Below, piece by piece: positions 44,513 through 54,772 of a DNA stretch of 64,000 bases (positions within the stretch are counted from its first letter, which is position 1; each line of letters opens with the position of its first letter). The notes beneath the pieces were generated by a model. It was not told where the DNA came from, searched no databases, and worked only from the letters and a program-made list of their open reading frames with translations. Source of the stretch: Candidatus Shapirobacteria bacterium (lineage in GTDB: Bacteria; Patescibacteriota; Microgenomatia; UBA12405); assembly GCA_017991615.1 (NCBI GenBank), contig JAGOQF010000001.1, positions 53,019 through 117,018 of the forward strand. The letters run 5' to 3'. A program made the position numbers and the translations under genes.

Positions 44513-45387
44513 TAAACTATTTTATACGATCTAAGGATACTTGAGCGAGATAAAGGATTGAATTTGATTTCTGAAGGTGATGGTCTGATAAACTTTTGTT
44601 TTAAAACCAAGTCTTGGTGATGGTTTAAAAACTGTTTAACGAGACGATCTTCGCCAGAATGAAAAGTTATAATGGCAACGTGACCACCAGGTTTGACAAC
44701 TTCAAGACTTTGAGATAAAAGTTGGGATAAATTTTGAAATTCTTGATTGACAGCAATTCTTAGACTGAGAAAAATTTTAGTGGCGGGATCAATTTTGGTT
44801 TTGAGATGGCGTTCACGATAATATTCTCTAATGATGTTAGCTAGTCTTAGACTATCTTTAAAGGGAGATTTTTGTCTTTCTTTAATAATTTTTAAGGCAA
44901 TTGGTTTGCTGTAGAGCTCTTGACCGAGTTTGGAAAAAATCTCAAACAATTGTTCAAATGAATAAGTGTTGATAATTTCTTCGGCGGTTAGGGTTTGAGT
45001 TTTGGGGTTTAGTCGCATATCCAAAGATTGAGAGTCATTGAAAGAAAATCCTCGGTTTATGCCGGTTTGTTGGTTTTGGCTTAAACCAAGATCGGCAATA
45101 AGACCGTCAATTTTTGATTTTATTTTTTTGGAGACAACCGAACTTAAGTTGACAAAATTTTGATTGATAGGAAAAAATTTTTTTGATAGGTTGTGATCTT
45201 TGATGCGATTGATGGCAATGTTGAGATTGTCAGAATCGAGATCAAAACCGTAGACAATACCGCCTTTTTTGAGAATTTCTAGGGTATGACCGCCGTGACC
45301 GACAGTGGCATCGACATAAATATGATCAGGTTTGACAGCAAGAGCATCAATTGCCTCTGTTAGTAAGACAGGATGGTGAAAATTCAT
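44512..45387 (-). CDS. rsmH: 16S rRNA (cytosine1402-N4)-methyltransferase
   Basis: HHPVLLTEAIDAL...YVDATVGHGGH. Confidence 0.9.
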   Translation of the reverse strand: MNFHHPVLLTEAIDALAVKPDHIYVDATVGHGGHTLEILKKGGIVYGFDLDSDNLNIAINRIKDHNLSKKFFPINQNFVNLSSVVSKKIKSKIDGLIADLGLSQNQQTGINRGFSFNDSQSLDMRLNPKTQTLTAEEIINTYSFEQLFEIFSKLGQELYSKPIALKIIKERQKSPFKDSLRLANIIREYYRERHLKTKIDPATKIFLSLRIAVNQEFQNLSQLLSQSLEVVKPGGHVAIITFHSGEDRLVKQFLNHHQDLVLKQKFIRPSPSEIKFNPLSRSSILRSYKIV

Positions 45388-46082
45388 TAATTAATCAAAT
45401 AGTCTCCGACTAGACTGTTGATATTTTCTTTAATAACAGTTTCAGGAGAGATTTTGGTAATTTTAGCGGCGCCGTTACCGTTGGAAAAAACGGAGTAATA
45501 AGGACGATAATTCTTGATAAGAATAAAGAAATCGTTTTTAGTGGTAGTAGTGGCGTTGATGGAAAAATTTTCTAAGTCTAAAGATAAACTTCCGGATTTT
45601 TTGATATCAGTCGAGGTAGCCAAAGTAAAAGGAGTTTCAAAGACGGCAGTTTGATTATCTTCGGTATAGAAAGTTAGGGATAGAACTCCACCGACGACTC
45701 CTTCGTCAAATTTGTATTTGCAGCCGTTAGTACAGCTTTCGGTACCTAAGAGAAGATCTTTTTCAAAACTGTTGGAAGTTAGTTTGACAGTATCACCAAC
45801 ACCTTTTTCCATTTCCAGACCATTATCTTTGGCAGAATAAATAAGTTCGTATTCTACTTGAGTAATAACGGTGGGGATATTAGTGACTTTAAGCTTGAGT
45901 TCGTGACCGTCGGCTCGGGGAATGAGGGCGATAATAGGTTTTTCGTTGTCAGCAATAGTCAATTCTTTTGGAATCGTTCTGGTTTCGGTTTGAGCTGGAG
46001 GAGTTTTTTTACGACAACCTGACAAAATGAATGATGAAAGAAAAACTACCAAGGTGAGAGAAATAATTTTAAATTTGTTCAT
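45387..46082 (-). CDS. Putative lipoprotein
   Basis: Signal peptide with lipobox (ILSGC). Confidence 0.5.
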   Translation of the reverse strand: MNKFKIISLTLVVFLSSFILSGCRKKTPPAQTETRTIPKELTIADNEKPIIALIPRADGHELKLKVTNIPTVITQVEYELIYSAKDNGLEMEKGVGDTVKLTSNSFEKDLLLGTESCTNGCKYKFDEGVVGGVLSLTFYTEDNQTAVFETPFTLATSTDIKKSGSLSLDLENFSINATTTTKNDFFILIKNYRPYYSVFSNGNGAAKITKISPETVIKENINSLVGDYLIN

Positions 46083-46083
46083 A

Positions 46084-47403
46084 TTAACTATTTAACCTTT
46101 TTTCTAGCCAAGTGTCAATTTCATCTGATTTAAGACGAATTTGTTCCATAGTATCGCGATCGCGGATAGAGACGGTATCATCTTCTAAGGTTTGATAATC
46201 GACCACTAAGCACCAAGGAGTGCCGATTTCGTCTTGACGGCGGTATTTTTTGCCAATACTACTACTGTCGTCCCAGTCGACACTATATTTGTTATTTAAT
46301 GACTGATAAATAGATTCGGCTTTGGAAATTAGTCTAGGTTTGTTGGCAGCTAACGGTAAGATAGCCATTTTGTAGGCGGCAATTTTGGGGTTGATTTTAA
46401 GATAAATTCGGGTTTCTTTGCTGGGAGTGGTTTCTTCGCGATAGGCGTCAAGAAGAAGGAAAAAGAAACTGCGATCAATTCCGCCGGATGTCTCGGTGAT
46501 CCAAGGAAGATATTTTTCTTGGGTGACAGGATTAGTATAAGATAGGTCTTGACCACTGAATTTGGTGTGTTGACTTAGATCATAGTCAGAGCGCCAATGA
46601 ATTCCTTCCATTTCGGCCCAACCCCAAGGAGCTTGATATTCGATATCAAAAGCTTTTTTAGCATAAAAAGCTAGTTCGTCTTTTTGGTGTTGACGGAAAC
46701 GAAGATTTTCGGGTTGATTAAAATATTTTTGATACCAAGTCATCCGGTTCTCTTTCCAGTATTCATACCATTTGTCCATTTCGGAGGGGTGGACAAAATA
46801 TTGGATGTCCCACTGTTCAAATTCGCGGGTGCGGTAAAGAAAGTTTTTGGGAGTAATTTCATTTCTGAAAGCTTTGCCGATTTGAGCAATTCCAAAAGGA
46901 ATTTTGATGCGGGTGGAATCAATAATATTTTTAAAGTTGAGATAAATAGTTTGGCAAGCTTCTCCCCTGAGATAAGCATGTTGTTTTTCGCCATCAATAA
47001 CGCCAATTTTGGTTTCAAACAATATGTTGTATTTTCGACCTTCAGTGAATTCTCCACCACAATCAGGACATTTATTAGGATTATCCAAAAGATCAGGACG
47101 GAAGCGTTTGTGGCATTTTTTACACTCCACCATAATATCAGCAAAATTTTTGATGTGACCTGATGCCTGCCAGACGGTGGGATGAGTGATAATTGAACCA
47201 TCAATACCAACAATATCGCGACGGTGGATAACATTTTCTTGCCACCATAAATTTTTCCAATTAAGTTTCATTTGAGAACCAACTGGGCCGTAATCATAAA
47301 AACCTTGAACTCCACCATAAATTTCGGAATTTTGAAAAACGATTCCTCGACGCTTACAGAGGCTAACAACTTTACTGACAAGGTCATTTTTAGATTCTGA
47401 CAT
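46084..47403 (-). CDS. glyQS: Glycyl-tRNA synthetase (dimeric alpha2 type)
   Basis: Class II motifs, Cys-rich insertion CPDCGGEF, ~440 aa. Confidence 0.85.
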   Translation of the reverse strand: MSESKNDLVSKVVSLCKRRGIVFQNSEIYGGVQGFYDYGPVGSQMKLNWKNLWWQENVIHRRDIVGIDGSIITHPTVWQASGHIKNFADIMVECKKCHKRFRPDLLDNPNKCPDCGGEFTEGRKYNILFETKIGVIDGEKQHAYLRGEACQTIYLNFKNIIDSTRIKIPFGIAQIGKAFRNEITPKNFLYRTREFEQWDIQYFVHPSEMDKWYEYWKENRMTWYQKYFNQPENLRFRQHQKDELAFYAKKAFDIEYQAPWGWAEMEGIHWRSDYDLSQHTKFSGQDLSYTNPVTQEKYLPWITETSGGIDRSFFFLLLDAYREETTPSKETRIYLKINPKIAAYKMAILPLAANKPRLISKAESIYQSLNNKYSVDWDDSSSIGKKYRRQDEIGTPWCLVVDYQTLEDDTVSIRDRDTMEQIRLKSDEIDTWLEKRLNS

Positions 47404-47417
47404 AGGAGTATTATAAC

Positions 47418-47978
47418 TTATGTAAATAATTTGTTGCTTTGGAGAGGTTTTTCAATAATCGATTCAAAAAATCTTTTGATAAGTTTTTGACTGGTTTTAT
47501 AGTCTTTTTGAGCAAAAGAGGTTTTAATATCTAAAGGAACACCAAAGCCGAGAGTTTCTAGAAAATAAATCTCGTTTTGGATATATTGACGAATGAGATT
47601 TTTGTTGATGGCGGTGATAATATTTTGGGAAATTTCAAAAATTCTATCGAGGTGTTGGTTTTCGGCGATAAGAAGATTGACTATTTCTAAAAAATAGAAA
47701 AGAAGATTGAGTTGGGCTAGATTTTTGGTATCTTGGAGGAAAGGAGAAATATTTTCTGACTCTGAAATCCAGGTAAAATCTCCTTTTTGATAGAGTTGGA
47801 CTTTGATAGTGTTACCGAGTTGAAGGTTTCCCAAACGACTGCTTTTGATATTTTTAGCGCCTTTGGCGATGGCAGTGATTTTACCCATTTTTGGGGTTAA
47901 TAGGGTAACAAGTAGATCTGACTCTTTGGAAGTTTTTTTGTTGATAACAATTCCTAAAGTTGATTTGTATCGTTCCAT
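47418..47978 (-). CDS. recO: RecO-like DNA repair protein (short form)
   Basis: N-terminal OB-fold pattern GIVINKKTSKESDLLVTLLTPKMGKITAIAKGAKN resembles RecO. Confidence 0.4.
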   Translation of the reverse strand: MERYKSTLGIVINKKTSKESDLLVTLLTPKMGKITAIAKGAKNIKSSRLGNLQLGNTIKVQLYQKGDFTWISESENISPFLQDTKNLAQLNLLFYFLEIVNLLIAENQHLDRIFEISQNIITAINKNLIRQYIQNEIYFLETLGFGVPLDIKTSFAQKDYKTSQKLIKRFFESIIEKPLQSNKLFT

Positions 47979-49907
47979 TTAGAGACTGAATCTGATGGTT
48001 TTGTCGGCAACCCATTGAAAGGTGGGTTGTTTAGAACCATTGATGGTGAGTTCATAATCAACCGGTTTGGTGCCGGGTTGCTTTTGGAGCATAAGATTGT
48101 AAACAGAACCGATTTGAGCTCCAGAAGTATATTCAATTGAAGTTTTAAGATTTGATTGAGGATTGAGACCAAACTTGTTACCATAGAAACCTTCAAAAAC
48201 TTGTTTGTTAAGCTCTTCGTATTGGACAGGTTCAATTTCAGAGCCGGTCATTTTGATAAGTTGTGAACCTTTGGGGGTATAGAAGCGAAATAAATTTCTG
48301 TAGGTGGAAGCATTAAGACAAAGACCACCTTTTTCTAGATTACAGTTGGAACCAGGGGCAGAATTGGTATAGGTAATGTTAATTTTGTGTTGAGCTTGAC
48401 CGTTTTTAACAGTGATATCGTGTTTGATTTTCTGGGTGATAAAAATGTTACTTTTGGCACTAGCAAAATTAGTATCATTGAGATGGAGATAATCAATCGA
48501 GTTGTCAGTATCATATATTTTGCCGGTAATGTTGGCTAGGTCGCCCATTTTTTGATTTTCTTCTTCAGGAAAATAGAAGAGGACGTGTTTTTCATTGATA
48601 CTTTTGAAACCGGCTTGAATCAATTGACCCATTTTGTTTTTTTCTGAACCCATGACGTTGGCTAAAAGGGCCGACATTAGCGGGTTCATAAAGTCTTTTC
48701 GGTTTTTTTCGATATAGTCTCGGGGGCGGCCAGACATCCATTGCATTTCGTAAATAATTTGAGGACAACCATGACATCTTTTGTCGGGTTCAGTGGTAAA
48801 AGTGCCAACTCGAGTGTCTAGTTTACCTAAAACAGTCACCATATCAACTAGAAGTTGAGTATCAATGGCAATAATGGCGTCAAATTTTTCTTTACTGCCG
48901 GTGGCTTTGAGATATTGATCTAAGAATATTTTGGCATCGGTGGGAAAGTCGGGAGAAAGATTGCTGTCGCGGAGATTAAGATAAGGAACATTGATATGAT
49001 AGTTTTTGATAAGTCGGGGAGCGGGAGTGCGACTGTTGATACGATCATCAAGATCATAAATATTGCTAGCAACTCCAGTTTTAATTTTGCCATTGTCGAC
49101 TGTCATAGTACTGTAAGCCGTCCAAAAACCACCGCTAGGTCGAAGTTCACCATCATTTTGAAAGATCATTAGATATTTTCGAGGAGAATCTTTACCCAAA
49201 AGCCAGGAAACTTTTGACAAGAGAGGTTTACCATCTCTTATCATTTTATGAGATTGAGACAAGAGTTCTTGAATTTTGATAATATTTGATTTGAGTTGAT
49301 AACCACGGAATTCTTCCGGATATCGAGAGGGGTCAATTTCGGCAGCAGATTTATCAATTTGGGCAATTTTGGTTTCAATAGTGTCCAAATATGGGATCAA
49401 GCCTTCAACTGATTGGGTTAAAAAAGCAATTCTGTCTTGGGTAGTTTCTTCACTAGAAGTGGCTGAGCCGGTCATACCTAGAAAATCTTTATAAGGTTCG
49501 ATAGCTTTAATTAAAATATCACCGGTATCAAGACTATTTTTGGCGATACTAATAAACCTGAGACCATCTTGGTAATAATTATTAATAACAGGGAGAAAAC
49601 CGATGATTTTGAGTTTGGAATAGGTACTTTCAATGGAATGAGTCTGATCCCTAAGATTACTGAGATTGATTTTAATTTTTTCTAAATCTTTTTCGTTGAT
49701 GGATTGTTTAAGATGGTCAACTTCGATTTTAGTAGATTCAATTTTAGTTTTGAGCTCTTGGGTTGGCAGATAGACAGTAAAAAATAAAATTGAGGTTAGT
49801 ATAAAAATGGACGTAAAAACAAAACCGATAATTTTAAGCCATTTTCGGTTGTTTTTGACAACTTTTTTACCCGGTCGAGTGTTGGCAGTTTTAGTGATTA
49901 AATCCAT
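47979..49907 (-). CDS. DUF4012 domain membrane-anchored protein
   Basis: N-terminal TM, ~640 aa, hallmark segment DGELRPSGGFWTAYS. Sits upstream of the polysaccharide locus. Confidence 0.55.
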   Translation of the reverse strand: MDLITKTANTRPGKKVVKNNRKWLKIIGFVFTSIFILTSILFFTVYLPTQELKTKIESTKIEVDHLKQSINEKDLEKIKINLSNLRDQTHSIESTYSKLKIIGFLPVINNYYQDGLRFISIAKNSLDTGDILIKAIEPYKDFLGMTGSATSSEETTQDRIAFLTQSVEGLIPYLDTIETKIAQIDKSAAEIDPSRYPEEFRGYQLKSNIIKIQELLSQSHKMIRDGKPLLSKVSWLLGKDSPRKYLMIFQNDGELRPSGGFWTAYSTMTVDNGKIKTGVASNIYDLDDRINSRTPAPRLIKNYHINVPYLNLRDSNLSPDFPTDAKIFLDQYLKATGSKEKFDAIIAIDTQLLVDMVTVLGKLDTRVGTFTTEPDKRCHGCPQIIYEMQWMSGRPRDYIEKNRKDFMNPLMSALLANVMGSEKNKMGQLIQAGFKSINEKHVLFYFPEEENQKMGDLANITGKIYDTDNSIDYLHLNDTNFASAKSNIFITQKIKHDITVKNGQAQHKINITYTNSAPGSNCNLEKGGLCLNASTYRNLFRFYTPKGSQLIKMTGSEIEPVQYEELNKQVFEGFYGNKFGLNPQSNLKTSIEYTSGAQIGSVYNLMLQKQPGTKPVDYELTINGSKQPTFQWVADKTIRFSL

Positions 49908-49935
49908 ATTACCAGTTTAGCAAAGATGTAACGAT

Positions 49936-50577
49936 TTACCAACGAGAAATCATCGACATGGGAGTTTTGAGAATGATGAGAAGCTCTTGGCGGATAGATT
50001 GATTGCGGATGTATTTGGAATCAAGTTTGGCTCGTTGTTCAAAATTGAGTTCATTTCTGCCGGATGTTTGCCAAAGACCAGTAATGCCTGGTTTGACGGA
50101 TCGGATGTCATCAATATATTTTTTGGTGTTTGGATATTTCTTTTCGTATTCTTGAAGTTCTTCTTCGCGATAGGCTCGAGGGCCAACCAAACTCATTTCT
50201 CCTTTGAGAACGTTGACTAATTGAGGAAATTCATCGATTGATGAGGCTCGGATAATTTTACCGATGGGAGTAATACGAGGATCTTCCGACATAGGTAATT
50301 TCCATCCGCTTTCTTTGTATTTTTTCCATAATTCAGGATAATTTTCTCGGAGACGTTTGTCGTTGTCGCCAGTGTACATGGAACGAAATTTGTACATCCA
50401 AAATTCTTTGCTATCCTTGGTAACTCGTTTTTGTTTGAAGAAAACTGGTCCAGGTGAAGTGATTTTGATTAAGATGGTAGTTATCAAAAATATGGGAGAA
50501 AAAATAATCATCAGAACGATAGAACTGATGATATCAAGTATTCGTTTAAAAACGTTGAAATAGGGTTTATTTTTCAT
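49936..50577 (-). CDS. Polyprenyl-phosphate sugar-1-phosphate transferase (PglC/WbaP C-terminal-domain type initiating enzyme)
   Basis: KRILDI...PGPVFFKQKRV...KFRSM...DEFPQLVNVLKGEMSLVGPRA. Confidence 0.85.
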   Translation of the reverse strand: MKNKPYFNVFKRILDIISSIVLMIIFSPIFLITTILIKITSPGPVFFKQKRVTKDSKEFWMYKFRSMYTGDNDKRLRENYPELWKKYKESGWKLPMSEDPRITPIGKIIRASSIDEFPQLVNVLKGEMSLVGPRAYREEELQEYEKKYPNTKKYIDDIRSVKPGITGLWQTSGRNELNFEQRAKLDSKYIRNQSIRQELLIILKTPMSMISRW

Positions 50578-51662
50578 GATTTTTTAAGAAAAAATGATTT
50601 ATATTTTTTATTTTTGACCATTTTACTGATAAGATCACGGACATGATAACTATTATCTAGGTGACAAATAAGCAGACCATCATTGGTATCAATAATGGCT
50701 AGATTATTAACTCCAACTAAACCGATAAGTTTATTTTTAGGACCATTAATAAGGCAATTGGTGGAATTGTAGGTAAGATAGTTGGTATCGGGGTTAAGAA
50801 CAGCATTATTGTCAAGATCTTTGTCTGATCGTTGGTGAATAGATTTCCATTCGCCAATATCACTCCAATCAAAAGTGGCGGGAATGACATAAATTTTGTC
50901 ACTTTTTTCGGAAACGGAACGATCAATAGGTAGATCGGGTGATTTGGAATAAATTTTGGTGACGATTTTGGGTTTGAGATCAGAGTTGATAAGTTGTTGA
51001 TAGAGCTTAAAATATTCCGGTTGAAGTTTTTCGATTTCGTTGATCATATCGGTTAAGGTGAAAGTATAAATACCGGAATTCCAAAGAGCACCTTTTTTGA
51101 TTAAGTTTTGAGTCGTTTCTTTGTCAGGTTTTTCAATAAATAAACTGACATTGGAAAAGGGTTGATTTTTTTGACGAGGAATAATATAACCGTAGGAAGT
51201 GTTGGCAAAAGTTGGTTTGATACCGATAGTGATAAGGCGATGATGATCTTGAGCTAATTTTTGAGAGTCAGAAATGTTTTTCTTAAAGTTGATGATTTTT
51301 TTGATGTAGTGATCGGCAGGAGTAGTAGTAACTACGGCTTGAGGATCAATTTTTTGAATATGGGCTAGGCTGAGAAGAATGGCCATGGTGGTGTTTTTTT
51401 TGCTAGGTTCGTAGATAAAGTTTTGAGGTGGAAGTTTTTTGCCGAGGATTTTATCAATTTTTGGTTGATATTTTTGGTTGGAGACAATAAAAATATTTTT
51501 GTTAGGGCAAAGTTTTTGGCAACGAGAAAAAGTTTGTTCTAAAAGAGTTTTTTTACCTAAAATTTTGAGAAATTGTTTGGGATGACCGGCGTGAGAAAGT
51601 GGCCAGAGGCGAGGACCACTACCACCACAGAGAATAACTACATACTGATTTGATTTCGCCAT
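50574..51662 (-). CDS. NDP-sugar pyrophosphorylase (mannose-1-phosphate guanylyltransferase-like)
   Basis: VVILCGGSGPRLWPLS nucleotidyltransferase motif. Confidence 0.75.
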   Translation of the reverse strand: MAKSNQYVVILCGGSGPRLWPLSHAGHPKQFLKILGKKTLLEQTFSRCQKLCPNKNIFIVSNQKYQPKIDKILGKKLPPQNFIYEPSKKNTTMAILLSLAHIQKIDPQAVVTTTPADHYIKKIINFKKNISDSQKLAQDHHRLITIGIKPTFANTSYGYIIPRQKNQPFSNVSLFIEKPDKETTQNLIKKGALWNSGIYTFTLTDMINEIEKLQPEYFKLYQQLINSDLKPKIVTKIYSKSPDLPIDRSVSEKSDKIYVIPATFDWSDIGEWKSIHQRSDKDLDNNAVLNPDTNYLTYNSTNCLINGPKNKLIGLVGVNNLAIIDTNDGLLICHLDNSYHVRDLISKMVKNKKYKSFFLKKS

Positions 51663-52735
51663 AGTTGATTGATTGTTTGTTTAAAGTTTAGCATAAAATT
51701 TTTTCGAGAAAATTTAGCGGCGTTTTGGGTACAATCTGTAGTTGAGAAATTTTGGGGATTGAACTTGATTAAAGCTTGAGCTAGAGAGTTGGTGGTTTGA
51801 TGGTTAAAAAAGATACCGGTTTTATCGCTAATAACGGTTTCGGTTAGTCCTCCTTTATTGAAAGCAATGACGGGTTTGCCGCAAGCTTGGGCTTCAAGCG
51901 GGGTTAAGCCAAAATCCTCAATTTGAGGACAAATTAAGGCTTGACAATTTTGGTAGAGATAGAGGAGTTTTTTTGGTGAAACTTTGCCGGTAAAAGTAGT
52001 TTGGGAGTGGGGTGATTTATCGGCCAGTTTAATTAACTGGCGTCGACAGCGACCATCTCCGACAATAATTAGTTTTTTATTAGTTTGTTGGCAGGCACGA
52101 ATAGCTAAATCAATCTTTTTATGTTCGACTAGTCGGGAAACGATTAAAAAATAATCGGAGTTTTGGGGTTTTTTGGCGGGGACAAAAAATGAAGTGTCAA
52201 CTCCAGGATAAATAACTTGAGCTGGTCGATGGTAAGCTGATTGAATGCGGTTTTTGACAGTGTTGGAATTGCAGAGACAATAATCGGGTCTTTGACCGTA
52301 GATAAAATCGATTTGTTGGTAGTGTTTGAGAAAAGGAGTTAGAAACTTAAATTGTTTGGGGGTTTGATAAAGATAACGATTGACATTGTGAAAGTAACAA
52401 ACAAACAGAGTTGATGGTGGGGTTAAGAGACAATGGCCAACGGTGGAAGTAGTAGAAATGACGATATCAAATTGAGAAAAATCAAACTTTTCCAAGACTA
52501 AGGGATAAAAAGGGGTGTAAATGAGAGGATTTTGATGACTTAGAGGCAAGCGATCGATTGAGGAAGGAATTACTTTGATAGAAGATGATAGCCAGGGGGT
52601 GTTTTTGGCAGAATAATTTAGGGTAAAAATGGGAGAATCTGGAAAAATTTTGATAAGGTCAAGAAGAACTTTTTCGGCACCACCCCATTGATTTAACCAG
52701 TCGTAAAAAATGGCAATTTTAGGTTTGGTGGTCAT
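51638..52735 (-). CDS. GT4 family glycosyltransferase
   Basis: C-terminal GT-B domain with E..G....EA.A.G.P motif. Confidence 0.7.
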   Translation of the reverse strand: MTTKPKIAIFYDWLNQWGGAEKVLLDLIKIFPDSPIFTLNYSAKNTPWLSSSIKVIPSSIDRLPLSHQNPLIYTPFYPLVLEKFDFSQFDIVISTTSTVGHCLLTPPSTLFVCYFHNVNRYLYQTPKQFKFLTPFLKHYQQIDFIYGQRPDYCLCNSNTVKNRIQSAYHRPAQVIYPGVDTSFFVPAKKPQNSDYFLIVSRLVEHKKIDLAIRACQQTNKKLIIVGDGRCRRQLIKLADKSPHSQTTFTGKVSPKKLLYLYQNCQALICPQIEDFGLTPLEAQACGKPVIAFNKGGLTETVISDKTGIFFNHQTTNSLAQALIKFNPQNFSTTDCTQNAAKFSRKNFMLNFKQTINQLWRNQISM

Positions 52736-53852
52736 TTAAAAGTCGTTGATAAACCGATAAGGTTTTTTTGGCGGTATTTTCCCATGAATATTTATTGACT
52801 TGACGACAACCCTTTTGAATAAGTTGTTGACGTAGATGTGGATTTTTGATAAGACGATTGATTTGTTTGACTAGCTGGCGACTGTCGTGGGGGTCAAAAT
52901 AAAGGACTGAATCCTGATAAATTTCGGGGAGACAGCTGCTATTGGAGGAAATAACTGGACAACCTAAGGCCATAGCTTCGAGACCGGTTAGACTAAAACC
53001 TTCCATAAAGGAAGGATGAACCAAAGCAATGGCGCGGGAATAGAGTTGTTTAAATTGGTTGTCGGGGATGTAACCAAGAAAATCTATTTGATGATTAACT
53101 TTGGCCTTTTTGGCTTCATTTTTGACTTGGTTGGTAAAAAAACTGCGAGCACTAATTATTTTTAGTCTTAGATTTGGTAGGTTTTTTAGAGCCTGAAGGA
53201 TGATAGTAATATTTTTGTGAGGATAAAGGTTGCCGGTGTAGAGGAGGTAATCCCCTACCGGTTTGGAGTTGGGGTTGATTTTGTCAAGATTTTTTTTGAA
53301 ATCGGGATCAACGGCTTCGTGGGTGGTGGTGATTTTTAAAGGAGAAATATTAAAATGTTTAATAATATATCGACGCCAAAAATTGCTAGGAACTATGAGA
53401 GTATTGGTTTTGATAGTGATATGAGTGATTAGTAAATAAAACAAATATTTTGGCCAATAAAAAAAAGAATTTTTGGTAGTATTGGCTTTACCTCGAAAAA
53501 AATGTTTAATCAGATCATGAATAGTGACGACTGATCGACCAAAGTAAAGCAAAGGTTTATTAAAATGAGTAAAGTGGACTAAATCGGGTTTAAGTCGGAA
53601 AATAACAAAAGGTAAAAATAATTGTTCTTTGAGAGAATAGTGGCGAATATTGGTGGTTAAGTAATTAAAATTGTCACCTAAATCAGTTTTAATTTCTGAG
53701 AGAAGTTCGGGATAAACAATGAGACTGAAGCGGTAGCAAGAAAAATGAGGTTGATGGGTTAGGGAGAGAAGAATATTTTTGGTATAACGACCGATGCCAG
53801 TATGTTTGGGGCCATAAAGCCTGGCGTCAATAACAATATGTTTTTTGGTCAT
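52719..53852 (-). CDS. GT4 family glycosyltransferase
   Basis: EGFSLTGLEAMALGCPVISSN. Confidence 0.75.
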   Translation of the reverse strand: MTKKHIVIDARLYGPKHTGIGRYTKNILLSLTHQPHFSCYRFSLIVYPELLSEIKTDLGDNFNYLTTNIRHYSLKEQLFLPFVIFRLKPDLVHFTHFNKPLLYFGRSVVTIHDLIKHFFRGKANTTKNSFFYWPKYLFYLLITHITIKTNTLIVPSNFWRRYIIKHFNISPLKITTTHEAVDPDFKKNLDKINPNSKPVGDYLLYTGNLYPHKNITIILQALKNLPNLRLKIISARSFFTNQVKNEAKKAKVNHQIDFLGYIPDNQFKQLYSRAIALVHPSFMEGFSLTGLEAMALGCPVISSNSSCLPEIYQDSVLYFDPHDSRQLVKQINRLIKNPHLRQQLIQKGCRQVNKYSWENTAKKTLSVYQRLLNDHQT

Positions 53853-54772
53853 AAATATTTGGCTTTGAAGAGACGTTTGAATTCTAAAAGTTTGATGCCG
53901 CCGAGGACTAGCTGTCGGGTCAGAAAATTGTATTTTGAAAATAAGTTTTGTTTATAGAAAATTCTCATTGCTTCGGTGCTGGATTTGGCGGCTAAAATTT
54001 TGGTATGGCGGTCGGCGGAGGACAGTTTTTGACTCTGAGATTTGATACCGGATGAAATACCTTGAAAATGGGTGATTTGACAGTGAGGATTGAAATATAA
54101 TTTGTATTCGCGTTGATAAAGTTGGTAACAAAAATCGAGATCTTCACCGTAGAAAAAATACGCTTCGTTCCACCAATTTATTGTTTGACCGACATTCTTT
54201 TTAACCATTAGAAAGGCGCCAACACAAGCTTCGATAGGATGAACTTTGGTGGTGTCAAGATGACCTAGAAAGTAACCGTTAAAAAATTTGGATTTGGGAA
54301 AGAGTTTAGAAATACCACTAAAGTAACAAAAAGAGCGCCAAGGAGTGGGAAAACCGCGATGACATTCCGGTTGCATCTTTCCAGTTTTAGCCAGTTTAAT
54401 ATAACAGGTGGCGGCAGAAACAGTTGAATTTTGATTGAAAAAATCAATCATAACTTTTAGAGTGTTGGTTTGAACGATAGTATCGGGATTAAGAAACAAA
54501 ACATATTTGGTGTCAGGAGAGATAATCTTGATACCTTGATTGTTGCCGGCGGCAAAGCCGAGGTTTTTTTTGAGGACTAAATATTTGACTGATTGAGGAT
54601 GATGTTTTTTGGCGAGATCAAGACTTTGGTCAGTTGAAGCATTGTCGACGACAATAATTTCTATTTTATAGTCCCCTAGTTTGGACTTAAAAAGGCTGTT
54701 TAGGCAACGGTTAAGATAATCGGCGGAATTGTAGTTGAGAATAATAACTGAAAGATCAATTTTTTTTGGCAT
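53849..54772 (-). CDS. GT2 family glycosyltransferase
   Basis: LSVIILNYNSADYL...VVDNASTDQS. Confidence 0.8.
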   Translation of the reverse strand: MPKKIDLSVIILNYNSADYLNRCLNSLFKSKLGDYKIEIIVVDNASTDQSLDLAKKHHPQSVKYLVLKKNLGFAAGNNQGIKIISPDTKYVLFLNPDTIVQTNTLKVMIDFFNQNSTVSAATCYIKLAKTGKMQPECHRGFPTPWRSFCYFSGISKLFPKSKFFNGYFLGHLDTTKVHPIEACVGAFLMVKKNVGQTINWWNEAYFFYGEDLDFCYQLYQREYKLYFNPHCQITHFQGISSGIKSQSQKLSSADRHTKILAAKSSTEAMRIFYKQNLFSKYNFLTRQLVLGGIKLLEFKRLFKAKYL